64,000 nucleotides of DNA from Pseudomonadota bacterium (GTDB taxonomy: Bacteria > UBA10199 > 2-02-FULL-44-16 > DYJF01). Made by a program: the position numbers and the translations under genes. A model generated the notes under the pieces. That model had not been told where the DNA came from, did not search any database, and worked only from the letters and a program-made list of their open reading frames with translations. Below are positions 7,845 to 20,068 of the stretch, one piece after another (within the stretch, counting starts at the first letter, position 1; each line of letters begins with the position of its first letter). The stretch lies in contig JBDRBB010000003.1 in assembly GCA_043823065.1 (NCBI GenBank), forward strand, positions 1 through 64,000, read 5' to 3'.

Positions 7845-10421
7845 CTAAATTTTGTTCTTTAATTCATGCAGAAGATTTAATGCCTCTAAAGGAGTAAGTG
7901 TGGAAGTGTCTATGACTTGAAGTTTTTCCAAGATTTCTATGGAACGAGCGCTGGTGAATAAATCTAGTTGCGAAGTATTAATTTTATCAGACTCTCCTGC
8001 TTCCAGATTTCTTAATACTTCTTGAGAGCGCTTTATAACTTGATCTGGCAGACCAGCTAGTTTGGCAACTTGAATACCATAGCTATGCGAAGTTCCTCCT
8101 GGCACTAATTTGCGTAAGAAAATTATTTCCTCATTCCATTCTTTAACTGCAATATTAAAATTTTTAATCCCAGGTTTGGTTAAGGCAAGCTCCGTCAATT
8201 CATGATAATGAGTGGCAAAAAGAGTTCTAGCTTTTACTTGGTCATGCAGATATTCAGCCACAGCCCAAGCAATGGAAAGTCCATCAAAAGTGGAAGTCCC
8301 TCGCCCAATCTCATCTATGATTATTAAACTTCGATTAGTAGCCTGGTTTAAAATTATAGAAGCCTCGCTCATCTCCACCATAAAAGTAGATTGTCCTAAG
8401 CTTAAGGCATCTGAGGCTCCAATTCTGGTAAAAATTCGGTCAACCAAACCAATTTCCGCTTTTTTAGCTGGCACAAAACAGCCAATTTGGGCCATGAAAA
8501 CAATCAGAGCAGATTGGCGCATAACTGTAGATTTGCCAGCCATATTTGGTCCAGTAATAATCATTAACCGGTTTTCTTGATTATCTAAATAAAGATCATT
8601 TGGTACAAAACGCTCAATTGGGTTTAAGCGTTCAATAATTGGATGCCGGCCATCTTCTATTTTTAAAATTGCTCCGTCTGATACCAGGTTTGGTTTACAA
8701 TATTTATAATCCCTAGCAACTCTGGCAAATGAAGTTAACACATCCAAATTAGCCAAGGCCTGGGCAGTTTGTTGCAGGGTTTCAGAATGCTGGGCAACTT
8801 TTTCTCTCAGCTCACAAAAAATATTATATTCCAATAGCTTAATCTTATTTTCTGCAGCTAAAACTTTATCTTCATATTCCTTAAGTTCAGGTGTTATATA
8901 GCGCTCAGCATTCACCAAAGTTTGCTTGCGTATATAATCTTGAGGAACTTTATGTTTATGGGTATTAGTTATTTCCAAATAATAACCAAATACTCTATTA
9001 TATTTAACTTTTAAGGAGGAAATACCGGTGCGTTGTTTTTCTCTAGCCTCAATTTGGGCTATTGCATCTTTACCACCACCGGAAATTGCTTTTAATTCAT
9101 CAAGTTCTTGATTTATTTGAGGTTTGATCAAACCCCCTTCTTTTAAGGTTAAAGGTGGTTCATCTATAATAATATTTTCAATTGCAGCTTTAATATTTGC
9201 CAGAGGATCTATTTTGTCTAGAATATCAGAAATCAAAACAGTGCTACAATCTACCGATTTTTTCTTTATAATTCCAATAATTAATGGAATTAATTCAAGT
9301 GATAATTTAAGCGCTATCAGATCTCTGGCTGAAGCGGTGCCCATAGCCACTCTGGAATTGATCCGCTCAATATCACTAATTTTTGCTAAATTTTCTGGCA
9401 GGTCTCTGAGTAGATTTGAATTTATGATAAACTCAACTGCATTCAGCCTTTCATTTATCCGACTAACATCTAATAATGGGTATAACATCCATTCTTTTAA
9501 TTTTCTAGCGCCAAAAGCAGTGCAAGTTTTATCAATAGTACCAAGAAGCGAACCTTTTCTAGAACCATCTAATATGGTTTGAAAAAGCTCTAAATTACGT
9601 TTTGTAGCCTCATCAATGCGCATAAATTGCGCAGTAGATGCAAAGCTAATATTTTTTAGATGCCTGGCTTTATTTTTTTGGGTTTGAGCTATATAATTAA
9701 GGATAGCCCCTGCTGCTTTGGCTGCTGCTGGCGCTTTTTTTACTAAATCAGTTCCTCCTGCTAAACCCTCCAATGCATCATGAGAAAATTGAGCATTATC
9801 TAAATTGGTATATAATGGATTGAAATTATTTTGACCAATTTGGCTTATAAAATTTTGCTTATCATTTATTTGCGCTGGCAAGAGAATTTCTTTTGGACTG
9901 CGACGCCAAATTTCTTCTCTTAATAATTCCCAGGTCTCAAATTGAGCTGCCGTAAAATAACCTGTAGAAACATCTGCCAAAGCCACGCCAAATTGCCTAG
10001 CTTTACCAAAATCCATTGTCATTATCGCTGCCAAAAAATTATTATTTCCAGAATTAATTACCTCTCCATCTAAGACAATTCCTGGAGTGATTACCCTAGT
10101 CACTTCCCTCTTCACCACCACTTTGGCCATTTTGGGATCTTCCACTTGGTCGCAAATAGCTACTTTCTTTCCTTTGGAAATAAGTTTATTGATATAGGGT
10201 TCGATTGAATGATGCGGCACTCCACACAAAGGAATTGGGTTGGGGTCATTTTTATTTCTGGAAGTTAAGGTAATTTCTAAAAGTTTTGCTGCTTGAATGG
10301 CATCATCAAAAAACATCTCATAAAAATCGCCAATACGATAAAGCAAGATCGCATCAGGATATTGCTCCTTAATCTGCAAATACTGCTTAATCATTGGTGT
10401 CAAAAAATCATTATTTGCCAT
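7845..10421 (-). CDS. mutS: DNA mismatch repair protein MutS
   Basis: TPMIKQY, GDFYEMF, TGPNMAGKST, STFMVEM, DEIGRGTST, ATHYHEL. Confidence 0.98.
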   Translation of the reverse strand: MANNDFLTPMIKQYLQIKEQYPDAILLYRIGDFYEMFFDDAIQAAKLLEITLTSRNKNDPNPIPLCGVPHHSIEPYINKLISKGKKVAICDQVEDPKMAKVVVKREVTRVITPGIVLDGEVINSGNNNFLAAIMTMDFGKARQFGVALADVSTGYFTAAQFETWELLREEIWRRSPKEILLPAQINDKQNFISQIGQNNFNPLYTNLDNAQFSHDALEGLAGGTDLVKKAPAAAKAAGAILNYIAQTQKNKARHLKNISFASTAQFMRIDEATKRNLELFQTILDGSRKGSLLGTIDKTCTAFGARKLKEWMLYPLLDVSRINERLNAVEFIINSNLLRDLPENLAKISDIERINSRVAMGTASARDLIALKLSLELIPLIIGIIKKKSVDCSTVLISDILDKIDPLANIKAAIENIIIDEPPLTLKEGGLIKPQINQELDELKAISGGGKDAIAQIEAREKQRTGISSLKVKYNRVFGYYLEITNTHKHKVPQDYIRKQTLVNAERYITPELKEYEDKVLAAENKIKLLEYNIFCELREKVAQHSETLQQTAQALANLDVLTSFARVARDYKYCKPNLVSDGAILKIEDGRHPIIERLNPIERFVPNDLYLDNQENRLMIITGPNMAGKSTVMRQSALIVFMAQIGCFVPAKKAEIGLVDRIFTRIGASDALSLGQSTFMVEMSEASIILNQATNRSLIIIDEIGRGTSTFDGLSIAWAVAEYLHDQVKARTLFATHYHELTELALTKPGIKNFNIAVKEWNEEIIFLRKLVPGGTSHSYGIQVAKLAGLPDQVIKRSQEVLRNLEAGESDKINTSQLDLFTSARSIEILEKLQVIDTSTLTPLEALNLLHELKNKI

Positions 10422-10431
10422 AAACCCAATT

Positions 10432-12855
10432 TCAGCATTGCACAGGCTCGGCAGCTGCTGCTGTGTTTTTAGTTTTAGTCAGCAAATTTTTATGAAACAA
10501 TTTTGTTTCATCATCCATGACCAAAGCATGTTTTAGCACTTCATCCATATGTTCCACAAATACCAGATCCAAATCCTTTAGAATTTTCTTGGGAATATCT
10601 TTTAGATCTTTTTCATTTTCTTTAGGAATCAAAACCTTTTTAATTTTACCGCGATGCGCAGCCAGGATTTTTTCTTTTAAACCACCAATGGGCAATACAC
10701 GTCCGCGCAAAGTAATTTCACCAGTCATAGCCACATCTTTACTAATAGGCACTTTTATTAAAGCAGAAGTAATAGCAGTAGCCATAGTAATACCAGCAGA
10801 AGGCCCATCTTTAGGAATGGCCCCTTCTGGCACGTGAATGTGGATATCAATTTTTTGATAAAAATCTTGAGATAAACCCAAAGACTCTGCCCTAGAACGC
10901 ACATAACTCATGGCTGCCTGGGCTGACTCTTGCATCACATCGCCTAGCTTACCAGTTATGGTTAACTTACCCTTGCCTGGCATAACTGAAACTTCTGTGG
11001 CCAATAATTCTCCCCCAAATTCAGTCCAAGCCAAACCAGTGCACAAACCAATATGATCAAGTTCTTCAGCCAAACCATAATGAAACTTAGGCACACCCAA
11101 ATATTGGGTAACCTTTCTTGGTGTAATGCGCACTATTTTTTCTTTATTTCCGGATTTAGCCACTTCTCTGGCAACTTTACGGCAAATAGCTGCAATTTCT
11201 CTTTCCAGGTTTCTAACTCCAGCTTCCTTGGTATAGCGCCTGATAATAAATTTAATGGCAGCGTCGGTAAAAGAAATGTTTTTCTTTTTTAAGCCATTTG
11301 CCTCTCTTTGCTTGCGAATTAAATAACGAACTGCAATTTCTCTTTTTTCAACTTCTGTGTAGCCAGGGATGCGAATCACTTCCATGCGATCCTGCAATGG
11401 CGCAGGAATAGCAGGTAAAGTATTAGCTGTAGTGATAAACATAACATCTGAAAGATCATAATCCAGATCTAGATAATGATCAGTAAAAGTATGGTTTTGT
11501 TCTGGATCTAAAACTTCCAGCAACGCTGCTGAAGGATCTCCTCTAAAATCCATACTCATTTTATCCACTTCATCTAGTAAAAAAACTGGATTGCTGGACC
11601 CTGCTTTTTTCAAAGACTGAATCATTTTACCAGGTAAGGCGCCAATATAAGTTCGGCGATGTCCTCTAATTTCTGCTTCATCTCTTACACCACCCAAGGA
11701 AAGCCTAATAAACTTTCTACCCATAGCCCGGGCAATAGACCTACCCAAAGAGGTTTTACCAACACCAGGAGGTCCGACAAAACAAAGAATGGGACCTTTC
11801 ATTTTTTCCACCAAAGTGCGCACAGCCAAGTATTCAATAATTCTCTCTTTTGGCTGCTCTAAACCATAATGATCTTCATTTAAAATACGCTCGGCCTCTT
11901 CAATCTCCAATTTATCTTTAGTAAATTCTCCCCACGGCAGGCCCAAAACCCAGTCTATATAATTACGCACCACAGTTGCTTCTGCAGACATTGGCGACAT
12001 CATTTTCAATTTTTTTATCTCTTTCATTACCCGGTCACGCGCTTCAGCAGATAATTTTTTCTTTTTTGTTTTTTCTTCCAATTCAGAAATTTCATTTTTA
12101 AATTCATCCCGTTCGCCAAGTTCTTTCTGAATGGCTTGCATTTGCTCATTTAAATAATATTCTCGCTGAGTTTTTTCCATTTGCTTGCGAACTCTGGAAC
12201 GGATCCGTCGCTCAACCTGCAAAATTTCAATTTCAGATTGCATGAGATTTAATAATTTTTCCAAGCGTTCATTAACTGAAATTATCTCCAAAATATTTTG
12301 TTTATCTGGAAGCTTTAAGCTGAGATGCGCCACAATGGTATCTGCCAGACGAGAAGGATCGTCAATGGTAGAGACTGAAGCCAGCATCTCTGGCGGAATA
12401 CGTTTATTTAGTTTAACATATTGTTCAAAAGCTGCTTTAACTCCACGCATAATTGCTTCAGTTTCAACAGTAACTTCTACTTCTTCTTTAATCGGCTCTA
12501 CTTCCACCATAAAGAAATTAGCATTGGGAATAAATTGTTTTACCCTTCCCCTTGATTTGCCTTCAACTAATACCTTAACAGTACCATCTGGCAGACGCAA
12601 AAGCTGAATAATAGACGCCAGGGTGCCCATGTTATATATATCTTCTTGTTTCGGATCATTGGTTTTAGCATTCACTTGAGCGGCTAAAATTATATCTTTA
12701 TCCTTGTTAACCGCTTCTTCCAAGGCAGCAATGGATTTTTCTCTGCCCACAAATAGCGGAACAACCATGTGCGGGAAAACCACTATATCACGCAAAGGTA
12801 AAAGTGGAACTACAACTCGAGCTTCAGTTTGTGTTTCTGCATTATCTTTTTTCAT
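10432..12855 (-). CDS. lon: ATP-dependent protease La
   Basis: [34 protein letters not shown]. Confidence 0.98.
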   Translation of the reverse strand: MKKDNAETQTEARVVVPLLPLRDIVVFPHMVVPLFVGREKSIAALEEAVNKDKDIILAAQVNAKTNDPKQEDIYNMGTLASIIQLLRLPDGTVKVLVEGKSRGRVKQFIPNANFFMVEVEPIKEEVEVTVETEAIMRGVKAAFEQYVKLNKRIPPEMLASVSTIDDPSRLADTIVAHLSLKLPDKQNILEIISVNERLEKLLNLMQSEIEILQVERRIRSRVRKQMEKTQREYYLNEQMQAIQKELGERDEFKNEISELEEKTKKKKLSAEARDRVMKEIKKLKMMSPMSAEATVVRNYIDWVLGLPWGEFTKDKLEIEEAERILNEDHYGLEQPKERIIEYLAVRTLVEKMKGPILCFVGPPGVGKTSLGRSIARAMGRKFIRLSLGGVRDEAEIRGHRRTYIGALPGKMIQSLKKAGSSNPVFLLDEVDKMSMDFRGDPSAALLEVLDPEQNHTFTDHYLDLDYDLSDVMFITTANTLPAIPAPLQDRMEVIRIPGYTEVEKREIAVRYLIRKQREANGLKKKNISFTDAAIKFIIRRYTKEAGVRNLEREIAAICRKVAREVAKSGNKEKIVRITPRKVTQYLGVPKFHYGLAEELDHIGLCTGLAWTEFGGELLATEVSVMPGKGKLTITGKLGDVMQESAQAAMSYVRSRAESLGLSQDFYQKIDIHIHVPEGAIPKDGPSAGITMATAITSALIKVPISKDVAMTGEITLRGRVLPIGGLKEKILAAHRGKIKKVLIPKENEKDLKDIPKKILKDLDLVFVEHMDEVLKHALVMDDETKLFHKNLLTKTKNTAAAAEPVQC

Positions 12856-12873
12856 AAAGTTTGCTCCCCTGAT

Positions 12874-14139
12874 TTAAGCACTTTCTACTTTTTTTTGTTC
12901 ATAAACTATAACCGGCGGTTTCTTTTTTTGAATTACATCAGCATTAATAACTACTTCCTGCACGTTTTCCTGCGAAGGAATGTCATACATCACTTCCAAC
13001 ATAATATCTTCCAAGATAGCCCGCAAACCTCTGGCCCCGGCCTTGCGCCGAATAGCTTCTTTAGCCACTGCTTCTAAAGCGCCTTTGGCAAAACTCAACT
13101 TCACTTTTTCAAACTCAAATAAACGTTGATATTGCTTGGCTAAGGCACTTTTTGGTTCTGTTAAAATACGCACCAGAGAATTTTCATCTAACTCTTCCAA
13201 AGTAGCTATAACTGGAATACGACCAATAAATTCTGGTATTAAACCAAATTTCAACAAATCTTCATTCTGAACATCGCGCAAAAGCTCTCCCAGCTTTTTG
13301 TCTGTTTTGCCCTTAACTTCAGCACCAAAACCCATTTTCTTTTCACCAATTCTTCTTTCAATAAGATCTTCCAAACCCACAAAAGTTCCGCCACAAATAA
13401 ACAAAATATTAGTGGTATCAACCTGAATAAATTCCTGTTGTGGATGTTTGCGTCCGCCCTTGGGAGGAATCGCCGCAATAGTACCTTCCAAAATCTTGAG
13501 TAATGCCTGCTGAACTCCTTCGCCAGAAACATCCCTGGTGATTGAAGGATTGTCTGATTTGCGGCTGATTTTATCTATCTCGTCAATATAAACAATACCG
13601 CGTTCAGCCTTGGCTTTGTCATAATCTGCAGCCTGCAATAAGGACAAAATAATATTTTCTACATCCTCGCCTACATAGCCAGCTTCAGTTAAACAGGTTG
13701 CATCAGCTATGGCAAAAGGTACTTTTAAAATTCTGGCTAAAGTTCTGGCCAATAATGTTTTACCAACTCCGGTAGGACCAATTAAAAGAATGTTTGATTT
13801 TTGAAGTTCAACATCATCATCTGGTTTATGCACAGTTGCCACTCTTTTATAATGATTATGCACAGCAACTGAGAGCACCTTTTTAGCATAATCCTGGCCA
13901 ATAACATATTCGTCCATGAACTTTTTAATTTCGGTTGGTTTTAGATCTGTGGCAAGTTCAGCACTTTGCTTGGTCCTAACTCCTTCTTCAGCAATGATAT
14001 CATTACAAAGCTCTATGCATTCATCGCAAATATAAACAGTTGGCCCAGCAATCAGCTTACGTACTTCACGCTGATTCTTGCCGCAAAAAGAACAAGAAAG
14101 ATTTAAGGTGTTTTCAAAATCATTTGGGGTTTTACTCAT
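12874..14139 (-). CDS. clpX: Clp protease ATPase subunit ClpX
   Basis: CSFCGK...CDEC zinc finger, [18 protein letters not shown]. Confidence 0.98.
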   Translation of the reverse strand: MSKTPNDFENTLNLSCSFCGKNQREVRKLIAGPTVYICDECIELCNDIIAEEGVRTKQSAELATDLKPTEIKKFMDEYVIGQDYAKKVLSVAVHNHYKRVATVHKPDDDVELQKSNILLIGPTGVGKTLLARTLARILKVPFAIADATCLTEAGYVGEDVENIILSLLQAADYDKAKAERGIVYIDEIDKISRKSDNPSITRDVSGEGVQQALLKILEGTIAAIPPKGGRKHPQQEFIQVDTTNILFICGGTFVGLEDLIERRIGEKKMGFGAEVKGKTDKKLGELLRDVQNEDLLKFGLIPEFIGRIPVIATLEELDENSLVRILTEPKSALAKQYQRLFEFEKVKLSFAKGALEAVAKEAIRRKAGARGLRAILEDIMLEVMYDIPSQENVQEVVINADVIQKKKPPVIVYEQKKVESA

Positions 14140-14759
14140 TTTTTCTTTCCTTTTCCTTTAACTTCTTCTTCCTTTTTAGGACGATAAGTAACCACTTCAT
14201 CAATTAGTCCATATGTTTTTGCTTCTTCACTGGACATAAAATAATCACGATCTGTATCTTCTTGGATTTTCTTTAAGCTCGAACCTGTGTGCTTTGCCAA
14301 AATTGAATCTAGCTTGCTGCGCAATTTTAAAATTTCCTTGGCTTGAATTTCAATATCAGCTGCTTGACCTTGAAAACCACCCAAAGGCTGATGAATCATC
14401 ATTCTGGAATGAGGCAAAGCAAAACGTTTGCCGGAAGTGCCTGCAGCTAAGAGCAAAGCTCCCATACTGGCTGCTTGGCCCATACAAAGCGTTGAAACAT
14501 CTGGTTTTACATATTGAATGGTATCATAAATTGCCAAACCAGATGTAACCACACCTCCAGGACAATTTATATAAAGATGAATATCTTTATCTGGATCTTC
14601 TGATTCTAAAAACAAGATTTGAGCGATAATTAAATTTGCCAAAGAATCGTTAATTGGCGAACCAATAAAAATAATTCTATCTTTTAATAACCTGGAATAA
14701 ATATCATAGGCCCGCTCACCGCGATGGGTCTGCTCCACGATCATTGGAATGAGTTCCAT
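14136..14759 (-). CDS. clpP: Clp protease proteolytic subunit
   Basis: [29 protein letters not shown]. Confidence 0.98.
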   Translation of the reverse strand: MELIPMIVEQTHRGERAYDIYSRLLKDRIIFIGSPINDSLANLIIAQILFLESEDPDKDIHLYINCPGGVVTSGLAIYDTIQYVKPDVSTLCMGQAASMGALLLAAGTSGKRFALPHSRMMIHQPLGGFQGQAADIEIQAKEILKLRSKLDSILAKHTGSSLKKIQEDTDRDYFMSSEEAKTYGLIDEVVTYRPKKEEEVKGKGKKK

Positions 14760-14760
14760 A

Positions 14761-16077
14761 TTATTTTTCCTTTTCTTTCTTAGCCGGCTCTGCTTTCTTT
14801 GGCTTAACTTCCTTTACTTTAGCCTTAGACATAATCAGTTCCAAAGTCTTTTCATAAAGAATCTGGCTTTTCAATTTATCAAGTAAGTTATTTTTTTCAA
14901 AATGTTCTTTTACTTTATTTAAGGGCTGGCCAGTTTGTTTGGAAATGCCATTTATTCTTGCCTCAACTTCTTGGTCAGAAACTGAAAGATTTTCTTTTTT
15001 GGCAATGGCAAAAGTTAGCAAATAACCGCGAACACGATTAGCTGCATTATTGTAATGTTTTTCTACAAACGACTTAGCCTCAACACCAGCATCTTTTAAA
15101 GTTTGGCCCTGGCTCTTAAGCTGCCTGGCCACGTCATCTAACATGGCCCGCAATTCATCATTGACCATTACTTCTGGCACTTCGATTTGATTTTTATCTA
15201 CAATTAATTGTAAGGCCTGACCTGCTAATTGTTGTTTGGCAAAATTTTCTTTATAGTCTGTAATCTGTTTTTTTATTTCTTCGCGCACTTGATCTATTTT
15301 TTCAAACTTACCCAAGGATTTGGCAAATTCATCGTCTAGTTCTGGTACAACCTTTTTCTGAATCTTATTTACCTTAACCTTAAATTTAGCTTCCTTGCCA
15401 GCAATGTCTTTATTAAAATAATCTTTGGGATAGGAAAAGATAATCTCTTTTTCTTCTCCAGCTTTCATACCTTTAATTTGATTTTCAAAATCTGGCAACA
15501 TATGGCCAAACTCTGCCATAAAATCTTTGGCTTCGCTGCCCTTAAAAGGTTTTCCATCAGCAGTTCCTTTAAAATCAAGAACCGCAATTGTGCCTGGGCC
15601 AAACTCACCTTTTTCATATGGTTCTAATTGAGTCATAGAATGACGCAGGCGTTCCAGCCCGCTTTCTACTTCTTCTTTAGCTACTTCAATCTTTTCTTTT
15701 TCCAGCTTTAAATCTTCATATTCAGGAGCTTCAATTTCAGGCATAACATCATAAACTGCATGATAGGTAAAAGGCTCTCCTTCTACATATTGTTCATACT
15801 CTAAATGCGGCTCAGAAATTGGCGCTGCTGCTTCTTTTCTTAATGCTTCTGGATAGGTATCTCCAATTATTTCCTTAATAATTTCCTTATCTGCATCTTG
15901 ACCAAGATAATTGCGCAAGACATCAAAAGGGACCTCTCCCTTTCTAAACCCTTTAATTTGGGTCTGTTTTTGTATCTTACCTAAGGCTTGCTTAACTGCC
16001 TTAACCACCCTTTCTTTAGAAACTTCCACTGTAAGGCGGTGTCTGGTTGACTTAGATTTGTCGAGTGATGTTTTCAT
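14761..16077 (-). CDS. tig: trigger factor
   Basis: GFRKGEVP ribosome-binding motif, FKBP-like domain, position upstream of clpP. Confidence 0.95.
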   Translation of the reverse strand: MKTSLDKSKSTRHRLTVEVSKERVVKAVKQALGKIQKQTQIKGFRKGEVPFDVLRNYLGQDADKEIIKEIIGDTYPEALRKEAAAPISEPHLEYEQYVEGEPFTYHAVYDVMPEIEAPEYEDLKLEKEKIEVAKEEVESGLERLRHSMTQLEPYEKGEFGPGTIAVLDFKGTADGKPFKGSEAKDFMAEFGHMLPDFENQIKGMKAGEEKEIIFSYPKDYFNKDIAGKEAKFKVKVNKIQKKVVPELDDEFAKSLGKFEKIDQVREEIKKQITDYKENFAKQQLAGQALQLIVDKNQIEVPEVMVNDELRAMLDDVARQLKSQGQTLKDAGVEAKSFVEKHYNNAANRVRGYLLTFAIAKKENLSVSDQEVEARINGISKQTGQPLNKVKEHFEKNNLLDKLKSQILYEKTLELIMSKAKVKEVKPKKAEPAKKEKEK

Positions 16078-16104
16078 GATTTCATCCTTCCTTAATTAGA
16101 TTTG

Positions 16105-16186
16105 TGCGAGAGAGGGGACTTGAACCCCTATGAGTTGCCTCACCAGATCCTAAGTCTGGCGCGTCTGCCAATTCCGCCACCCTCGC
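16105..16186 (-). tRNA. tRNA-Leu(TAG)
   Basis: GCGAGGGTGGCGGAATTGGCAGACGCGCCAGACTTAGGATCTGG...GGTTCAAGTCC...CTCGCA; long variable arm; CCA not encoded. Confidence 0.95.
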
Positions 16187-16191
16187 TTTAA

Positions 16192-16217
16192 GTCATTCCT
16201 ATAAAAACAGGAATCCA
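16192..16217. repeat. degenerate GTCATTCCC-N8-GGGAATCCA palindromic repeat
   Basis: GTCATTCCTATAAAAACAGGAATCCA resembles the copies at 27766 and 61304. Confidence 0.55.
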
Positions 16218-16273
16218 TTATTTATGGATTAAGACAATGGTGTTTATTAGGCAAAAAATCAAGAAAAACATAT

Positions 16274-16307
16274 AAAAAAGGCCTTTTTTTTCAAAAAAAG
16301 GCCTTTT
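16274..16307. terminator. intrinsic terminator downstream of pepD
   Basis: AAAAAAGGCCTTTTTTTTCAAAAAAAGGCCTTTT inverted repeat with A/T tracts. Confidence 0.65.
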
Positions 16308-16332
16308 AAATCAAAATCTAAGCTAATTTAAC

Positions 16333-17784
16333 TTATTTTAACTCTTTCAAAACCTCTACCAAGAAGTCCCACACCTGGCCCACAGTTCCTAAATGTATTT
16401 TTTCATCAGGTGAATGAGGAAATTTAATAGTTGGGCCAAAGGAAATCATATCCATTCCTTTATATTTACTACCAATAATACCACATTCTAAACCAGCATG
16501 TATTACATCAATCACTGGTTTTTTCTTAAACAAGTTCTCATAAGTTTGAGCACATTTTTTAAGCAATGGTGAATTCATATTAGGTGCCCAAGCTGGGTAA
16601 CCATCTCCGGTTTTAGCTTCTGCTCCACATAAACCAGCCACTGCTTCAATCTTAGCTGTATGGGCATTTAATCTCGAAGCGCGTGAGCTGCGTTGACTTG
16701 ATATGATTTTTAAATGGCCATTATCAATCTTAACATTAGCCAAGTTACTTGAAGTTTCCACCAAGTTGGCAATATCTGTAGACATAGCAGCAACACCATG
16801 AGGAAGTGCTAATAATAAATTAATCACTTTTGCCGTAGCGTTTTTAGTCAAAACTCGTTCAGTAGATTTTTTTTCTTCAGTCATAATTAAAGTTAAGTCT
16901 GGATCGATTGTTCTAAATTCTGCTTTTAGAATTTTTTCAAAGTTTTTCAACTCAGTGCAAATCTTATCATAATCATCGCCTGACATACAAATTGTAGCTT
17001 GGGCATCTCTGGGGATAGCATTATGCGCCGTACCGCCTTTAAAATCGCTTAATTGAAAATTAGCTTTACTTGCTAACTCACGCAAAGATCTAGCCAACAC
17101 AACAATAGCATTGGCCTTTTGTTTATTTATATCCACTCCTGAATGGCCGCCCTTCATCCCAGATGCTTTAATGGTGAAAAAATTCATATTTGCAGGAATA
17201 TTTTCAAAATCTAAGCCGAGTGAAATAGCTGTGTTCACTCCACCAGCGCAACCAACAGTTAAATAACCTTCGTCTTCAGAATCCAAGTTAAGAAGTATTT
17301 TACCGTCGATAAAACCAGGCTCCAAACCTGTTGCACCAGTTAACCCAGTTTCTTCATCAACAGTGAAAAGCAATTCTAGCGGCGGATGGGCAACGTCTTT
17401 AGACAAGGCCAAAGCTTGAGCCATGGCAATGGCAATACCATTATCTGCGCCAAGGGTGGTTTTATCTGCTCGCAACCATTCTCCTTCGTATATGAATTTA
17501 ATAGGATCTTTATCAAAATCATGATTTGAATCAGGAGTCTTTTCACAAACCATGTCAACATGACCTTGCAACACAACTGGCTTAGACTTTTCATAACCAG
17601 AAGTTGCTGGAACTTTAATAACAATATTTCCCAGCTTATCTTTTTTTGCTTCAAAATTGTTCTGTTTAGCCCAATTCATAAGCCAATTGCAGATTTGAGT
17701 TTCTTTTTTTGAACAACGAGGAATCTTGGCAATTTCTTCAAACCACTTTAGTACTTCCTTAGTCTTCTCATGTTTTATTTCCAT
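16333..17784 (-). CDS. pepD: aminoacyl-histidine dipeptidase (M20)
   Basis: LQGHVDMVCEK, TTLGADNGI, DEETGL, NLDSED, GGHSG, HAGLECG, HSPDE. Confidence 0.95.
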   Translation of the reverse strand: MEIKHEKTKEVLKWFEEIAKIPRCSKKETQICNWLMNWAKQNNFEAKKDKLGNIVIKVPATSGYEKSKPVVLQGHVDMVCEKTPDSNHDFDKDPIKFIYEGEWLRADKTTLGADNGIAIAMAQALALSKDVAHPPLELLFTVDEETGLTGATGLEPGFIDGKILLNLDSEDEGYLTVGCAGGVNTAISLGLDFENIPANMNFFTIKASGMKGGHSGVDINKQKANAIVVLARSLRELASKANFQLSDFKGGTAHNAIPRDAQATICMSGDDYDKICTELKNFEKILKAEFRTIDPDLTLIMTEEKKSTERVLTKNATAKVINLLLALPHGVAAMSTDIANLVETSSNLANVKIDNGHLKIISSQRSSRASRLNAHTAKIEAVAGLCGAEAKTGDGYPAWAPNMNSPLLKKCAQTYENLFKKKPVIDVIHAGLECGIIGSKYKGMDMISFGPTIKFPHSPDEKIHLGTVGQVWDFLVEVLKELK

Positions 17785-17801
17785 TTCGATCTCCTTTTTT
17801 C

Positions 17802-18881
17802 TTAAATCAAAATCTCGCCGTCTTTAATCAAAGTCTTTCTGGTATCATCTGGGTAGATCATGTCAAGTCTTGTGCAGATAATAGGGCATTCTTTTGCATA
17901 CACCACATCTTGATGGATTACATTATTTGGAGAAACAAAATCTTTTACACCAACCAATCCGCCAAAATGATCGCTGCGGCCATAGGCCCAATGAAAACCT
18001 GCTTTTTCATCCTCCACAGTAACCCCACAAACTCTTGCCTTGTCATTACAACCAACAGCAAACTCAGCAATATTGCGCCAAGCAGGGTCGTTTTGAAATT
18101 TCTGCTTCATTTCTTTGGCGCGAGGACCCTTGCCTTTTACATCCACAATTTGATTGTGTTTAACAACATAAACCACAACTTCATCGCCAAACTTTTCCGG
18201 AAGTTCTCCTTCGGTTTTGCTATCCTTATCTTCGTTAGGAACAATATAGACTTCACCAGTGGGTAAGTTGCAAATTGCAGCCATGGTACCAGCCACTTCT
18301 GGATGCAAAAAAGCATCGCTTCTATGCACAGGATTATTCTTGGAAATATCAAAATAACATTTATGCCCGGTTGAAAAAACAGCTTCTGCGCCAATAGCTT
18401 GTTCAAACATGGGCGCCATTTGACGGCATCTTTGTTGAATTACTTTATAATCGGCAGAAAGACTGGTCTGTTCCATGAATTTCGCTGCATCTGGCATGGT
18501 TGCCCCGCGGATCTTGCCGGATTTCTTGGCAATAGATTTTAATGGCGCGGTTGCAGAAAACTCTGAGAGAATTAAAATAATGGAAGATGCTTTAATTAAT
18601 TTTTCCAAATCAACTTCGCGACCACTCATCCTGCCCTTTTTAGGCAAATCAGCATTAGCTGAACCTGTTGCTTCATAGGAAACTAAATCATTTACTTTAA
18701 TGTCCCAAACATAGGCGGCATTAACTAATTTATCATGCCATTCCTTGGCCATGCGGCGCCGCTCGATCCAAGCCTGATTATCAGAGATTTCTCCATGAGG
18801 CATGTCGTGCATAATGGTAAGCACTTCGCCTTTTTGCGGATTAAAAATATCGGTAAAGAATTTTTGTAAATTAAATGGCAT
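17802..18881 (-). CDS. M29/aminopeptidase-T-like metalloprotease
   Basis: NLPTGEVYIVP, AEFAVGCN, DEKAGFHWAYG, HQD motifs; co-oriented with pepD. Confidence 0.6.
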   Translation of the reverse strand: MPFNLQKFFTDIFNPQKGEVLTIMHDMPHGEISDNQAWIERRRMAKEWHDKLVNAAYVWDIKVNDLVSYEATGSANADLPKKGRMSGREVDLEKLIKASSIILILSEFSATAPLKSIAKKSGKIRGATMPDAAKFMEQTSLSADYKVIQQRCRQMAPMFEQAIGAEAVFSTGHKCYFDISKNNPVHRSDAFLHPEVAGTMAAICNLPTGEVYIVPNEDKDSKTEGELPEKFGDEVVVYVVKHNQIVDVKGKGPRAKEMKQKFQNDPAWRNIAEFAVGCNDKARVCGVTVEDEKAGFHWAYGRSDHFGGLVGVKDFVSPNNVIHQDVVYAKECPIICTRLDMIYPDDTRKTLIKDGEILI

Positions 18882-19088
18882 AAAAAGTTCCTTTTTAAGA
18901 TTTTAATCTATATGCAGGCTGAGCAGACAAGTCAAGTAGAGGGGAAAAAGAATTAAAGAGCCTAACAAGTGCGCTGGCAATTGCCTCCAGGATATTTTGT
19001 GGGCAAGAAATTGCGGCTTATCTATGTGCATAATATGTCACAAGGCACAACATGAGGCCAAAAAAAAAAGAGAGGGGTCGCCAATTAA

Positions 19089-19403
19089 TTAAATTTTCTT
19101 TTGACCATCCTTGATTTTCTCGAACCGATTTCTCACAATTGAGATTCTTTTATTCATCCTTCTGAATCGGCGCAACCCTATCAAGGCAATCGAGAGAGAT
19201 CCTGGAATGCAAACCAAACCAACAAAGAGAAGCCAGCCTTTGGCAAAATGGGCAATCGTTGCACCAGTAATCATGAGAGCCACCGCTGATCGAAGATATG
19301 CCAAAAGCGTCCGTTCGTTCGATAACAAAGTGCGATCAATTGCCAATTCGTCACGCAAAATTAACTCAGATTGTTCAAAGCGCAGATAAGGATCCTTTTT
19401 CAT
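19089..19403 (-). CDS. DUF202/YidH-like small membrane protein
   Basis: LAIDRTLLSNERTLLAYLRS motif and two TM helices; ATG 19403 after GGAAAGG. Confidence 0.85.
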   Translation of the reverse strand: MKKDPYLRFEQSELILRDELAIDRTLLSNERTLLAYLRSAVALMITGATIAHFAKGWLLFVGLVCIPGSLSIALIGLRRFRRMNKRISIVRNRFEKIKDGQKKI

Positions 19404-19531
19404 ATAACACCTTTCCATTTGATAGCGTTAAACAGCTGGGTATTATCTTATAGGAAAATGTCAGATGGAGCAAATATTATATAAGCATTTCAAGGCGTTA
19501 GTGTTGAAGCAAGTTTTCTCCGTCTGAGGGG

Positions 19532-19827
19532 TTGCATCGTCGAACCCTGCTGCCATTGGATTATCCTCTTCATGACTTAGTTAGAAAAGTTTCAAGACAT
19601 GGAATGATTACTTCATTTGGCAGAGGCAGTGATTTTCATATAGGAGCTGCTTTTTCTGGAGAAAATGTTGGTTTGCGGGAAGTAGAACCTGGAAGATGGC
19701 TTATAACATTTATGAGTTTAGATTTAGGTTATGTAGATCAAAAAACAAAGAAGCTTGACTCACTTATTTATAAAAGTGTTACCCATGTACCCTTTAAAAA
19801 ATTGTTACCTATTTTCTTTGTTGCACA
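19532..19827 (+). mobile_element. IS481-family transposase 3' remnant with right end
   Basis: YPLHD...GENVGLREVEPGRWLITFMSLDLGYVD resembles the IS481 C-terminus; followed by tandem TGTTACCCATGT/TGTTACCTATTT sites and a terminal ACA. Confidence 0.7.
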
Positions 19828-20001
19828 CAGTAAACAACAAAAGTGAAGAGTAAATACTTGACCCCTTTTTATGAGAGGTAAGACCTTATTAGGTTTCTGA
19901 CGTGTTTTCATCCATAGGATGGCTAGGTTTTGGAGGTACGTGCCTGGTAAGCTCTTTTTTTTATTTAATATTTTTTCTGTTAGTTAGTATTTGAGTTGCT
20001 C

Positions 20002-20068
20002 TTGACACGCATGTTCACGATATGGCATAATGTTCACGATCGTGAAAAAATGGTATAATCGTGAACAT
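20002..20068 (+). promoter_or_regulatory. sigma70 promoter overlapped by repeated operator half-sites
   Basis: TTGACA (20002) + TGG-CATAAT (20023-20031); ATGTTCACGAT at 20011 and 20030, inverted ATCGTGAA at 20039 and ATCGTGAACAT at 20058. Confidence 0.75.

Noticed and set aside
18960..19420. Integron cassette/attC around the DUF202 gene (minus-strand GTTAGGC at ~18960 and GTTATAT at the start)
   Set aside because: No matching RYYYAAC inverse core at a suitable distance, no convincing attC hairpin, and the nearby integrase does not look like IntI.
18882..20000. Second att copy of the tRNA-Gly 3' end
   Set aside because: Only short weak matches (GAGAGGGGTCG at ~19071, GAGGGGTT...CGAACCCT at ~19526); not enough to call a boundary.
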